Shown here: positions 62,182 through 64,000 of the stretch, in pieces
How positions within the stretch are numbered: the first letter of the stretch is position 1
Layout of the letters: every line of letters begins with the position of its first letter
Assembly (NCBI GenBank): GCA_044222185.1
Contig: JBGANV010000010.1
Span: 96,001-160,000, forward strand
DNA length: 64,000 bases
Direction: 5' to 3'
From: Planctomycetota bacterium
GTDB lineage: Bacteria > Planctomycetota > GCA-002687715 > CAIWVZ01
Made by a program: the position numbers and the translations under genes
Notes under the pieces: generated by a model
The model's database searches: none
The model's input: the letters and a program-made list of their open reading frames with translations, nothing else
What the model was told of the DNA's origin: nothing

Positions 62182-63705
62182 GTGTTTGTCGGAACAGTCA
62201 GATGTGAGATCGAAGTCGGAAAGGCCTCCCAGGCGTTCCGCGGCTTCCGGCTCCTCCTCGTGGAGCCCGAGCACAAGGTCGATTGGGATGGACCCGTGGT
62301 CGCGGTTGATACGGTGCAGGCCAACGTCGGCGACATGGTCGTCGTCGCGCTCGCACCATTCGGCACGGGCCTCAACATCCCCGCGGATCTTCCGGTCGAG
62401 GCCGCGACGGTCGCGATCGTGAAGTCACTGTCGGGTACGCCGGCCGCTGCGCCGGCCCAGCGTCACGGCACGCCTCCGCCCGCGGCGCCCGCCCGTTCGC
62501 CGGACGGACCGCCGCGTCCGGAGCGCGCACCGGACGCGCCCCGGGGTGAGCGCGAGCCCGCGTTGCCGAGCCACATTCGGGACCTGATGGAAACCGCTCG
62601 GCCCGCCGCGCCACGCGATGCGGACGAGGGCGGTGCGCGGTTCGCCGACGAGGGACCGGGTGGTCCCCGTCGTCGCCGCCGCCGTCGCGGAGGTCGTGGG
62701 GGTCGCGGCCACGAGGACGGGTTCGAAGGCGGGCCCGAGTCCGAGGGCCAGGACGACGTGGCGTTCGCCGAGCCCGCCGACGAGCCGCGGAGCGGCGACG
62801 TACGCGAGCCCGTGGATGCACCGCCGGCCGCATTGCCGCCGCGCGACGATCGCGGTCACGGTCGTCGTGACGACCGCAGGCCACGCGATGATCGCGGCCC
62901 TCGCGAAGACCGTCCGATGCGCGACGATCGCGGCCCGCGTGAAGATCGCCCCATGCGTGAGGATCGCCCGGCACGCGACGAACGCCCCATGCGTGACGAA
63001 CGCCCCATGCGTGACGAACGCCCCATGCGTGACGAACGCCCCATGCGTGACGAACGCCCCCCGCGTGACGAACGCCCCCCGCGTGACGAACGCCCCGCGC
63101 GTGAGGAACGCCCCGCGCGTGAGGAACGCCCCGCGCGTGAGGAACGCCCCGCGCGTGAGGAACGCCCCGCGCGTGAGGAGCGCGGCCCGCGCGACGATCG
63201 CCCCATGCGGGACGACCGTCCAGCGCGCGACGACCGTCATCAAAGGGACGATCGCACGCGGGATGAACCCCGTGGTCCGCGCGAGGATCGCCCGCAACGC
63301 GACGAGCGCGGACCTCGAGAAGACCGGGGCCCGCGCGGCGAGGATCGGCCCCGCCGTGACGACGGTCACCGCCATCACGGCGGACAAGATCGCGGCCCCC
63401 ATGGCGAACCCCGTCCGCCCCGCGAGCCTCGCGAGCCGCTGCGCCCCGAGCGTCGCGAGCCGGCGTCGCCGGTGAGCGAGGCGAAGGCCATCGAGGGTTT
63501 CGACGCGCCCGCCGAACGCAAGCCAGCTCGCCAGGAGCCGTCGGGCGATCGTGGTGCGCGCCGGCCTGCGGGCGAGTCTTCCGCCGTGGTGTGGGACGCG
63601 TCGCCCGGTCCCGTCGGCGGCTTCGAGATCGCCGAGGACGTCGCGCTGACGTCGACCTCCGGCATCAAACGCCCCGTGAAGCGTCGCGGAGGCCTGCGTA
63701 AGTGA
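62182..63705 (+). CDS. Divergent BMC pentamer (BMC-P, EutN/CcmL-like) fused to a ~420-aa disordered charged tail
   Basis: Residues 1-83 (MFVGTV...RLLLVEP...VVAVDTVQANVGDMVVV...PVEAATVAIV) follow the EutN/CcmL pattern. The rest is low-complexity P/R/D/E/G sequence. Confidence 0.8.
   Translation: MFVGTVRCEIEVGKASQAFRGFRLLLVEPEHKVDWDGPVVAVDTVQANVGDMVVVALAPFGTGLNIPADLPVEAATVAIVKSLSGTPAAAPAQRHGTPPPAAPARSPDGPPRPERAPDAPRGEREPALPSHIRDLMETARPAAPRDADEGGARFADEGPGGPRRRRRRRGGRGGRGHEDGFEGGPESEGQDDVAFAEPADEPRSGDVREPVDAPPAALPPRDDRGHGRRDDRRPRDDRGPREDRPMRDDRGPREDRPMREDRPARDERPMRDERPMRDERPMRDERPMRDERPPRDERPPRDERPAREERPAREERPAREERPAREERPAREERGPRDDRPMRDDRPARDDRHQRDDRTRDEPRGPREDRPQRDERGPREDRGPRGEDRPRRDDGHRHHGGQDRGPHGEPRPPREPREPLRPERREPASPVSEAKAIEGFDAPAERKPARQEPSGDRGARRPAGESSAVVWDASPGPVGGFEIAEDVALTSTSGIKRPVKRRGGLRK
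62866..63243 (+). repeat. In-frame 18-bp tandem repeat, 21 units encoding R-[DE]-[DE]-R-x-x
   Basis: Near-identical core 62974-63171 (CGTGA[CG]GAACGCCCC[ACG][TC]G x11) with degenerate flanking units. Confidence 0.95.
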
Positions 63706-64000
63706 GATCGGCGACGGGCAGCGGATCGAGCCCACTCGGCGCCGTCGAGTGGGACAGCGTGGCGCGCGGGATCCAATCCGCCGATGCCCTGCTGAAGGCC
63801 GCGCCCGTCACGCCCCTTCTCATGCGACCGATCACGCCTGGGCGCTACCTGGCGCTCTTCACCGGCGAGGTCGAGGCCGTGCGTGCGTCCGTGGCGCGCG
63901 CCCTCGAGACCGGTGGCGAAAGCGTGATCGACCACCTCGTCCTGCCGAATCCGCACTCCGGGTTGTGGCTCGCGCTCGGTGCCCGCGGGCAGGATGGCGC
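63702..64000 (+). CDS. BMC tandem-domain shell protein, PduT/BMC-T1-like (3' truncated by the window)
   Basis: Manual translation from a GTG overlapping the upstream TGA: LGAVEWDSVARGIQSADALLKAAPV..LLMRPITPGRYL..GEVEAVRASV...DHLVLPNPH..LW. Confidence 0.85.
   Translation, partial: MRSATGSGSSPLGAVEWDSVARGIQSADALLKAAPVTPLLMRPITPGRYLALFTGEVEAVRASVARALETGGESVIDHLVLPNPHSGLWLALGARGQDG

Noticed and set aside
62974-63171. Regular repeats that might suggest a CRISPR array
   Set aside because: Head-to-tail 18-bp units with no unique spacers, in frame within a CDS, and no cas genes in the window.
62425-63735. Alternative-frame and antisense repeat ORFs (VTNAPC, TRGAF, GRSSR repeats)
   Set aside because: By-products of a stop-free 18-bp repeat. 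Only the frame continuous with the BMC-P domain fits the operon's start/stop coupling.

Overview
GC-rich bacterial DNA, most likely from a Planctomycetota genome. This is inferred from signatures such as RpoA N-terminus MRIRWRNLELP, RpoB C-terminus [16 protein letters not shown], uS12 RVRDLPG and the absence of rpmD. Bases 1-33.8 kb are a housekeeping block: the 3' end of aroC, four tRNAs (Thr-Tyr-Gly-Thr), tuf-secE-nusG-rplKAJL-rpoBC, rpsLG-fusA and a contiguous S10-spc-alpha ribosomal superoperon ending at rplQ. Bases 33.8-43.3 kb look accessory: an ECF sigma/Ser-Thr kinase pair, three secreted proteins, a fossil IS1182-like transposase and a possible LRR gene remnant. Next come a MocR-regulated PLP cluster (trans-sulfuration enzyme, pdxS, pdxT), an unusually long PBP2 with rodA, an RlmN-like radical SAM enzyme and a thioester alpha-2-macroglobulin. 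The most interesting part is the right end. A BCP peroxiredoxin has an in-frame TGA at its catalytic position followed by a SECIS-like hairpin, so it is a probable selenoprotein that the ORF track missed. It is divergent from a Haliangium-type bacterial microcompartment (BMC) operon. In that operon the vertex (BMC-P) protein is fused to a ~420-aa disordered tail with an Arg/RGG patch and 21 tandem R-[DE]-[DE]-R-x-x hexapeptides. All calls come from reading the sequence and recalling family motifs; no database searches were run.
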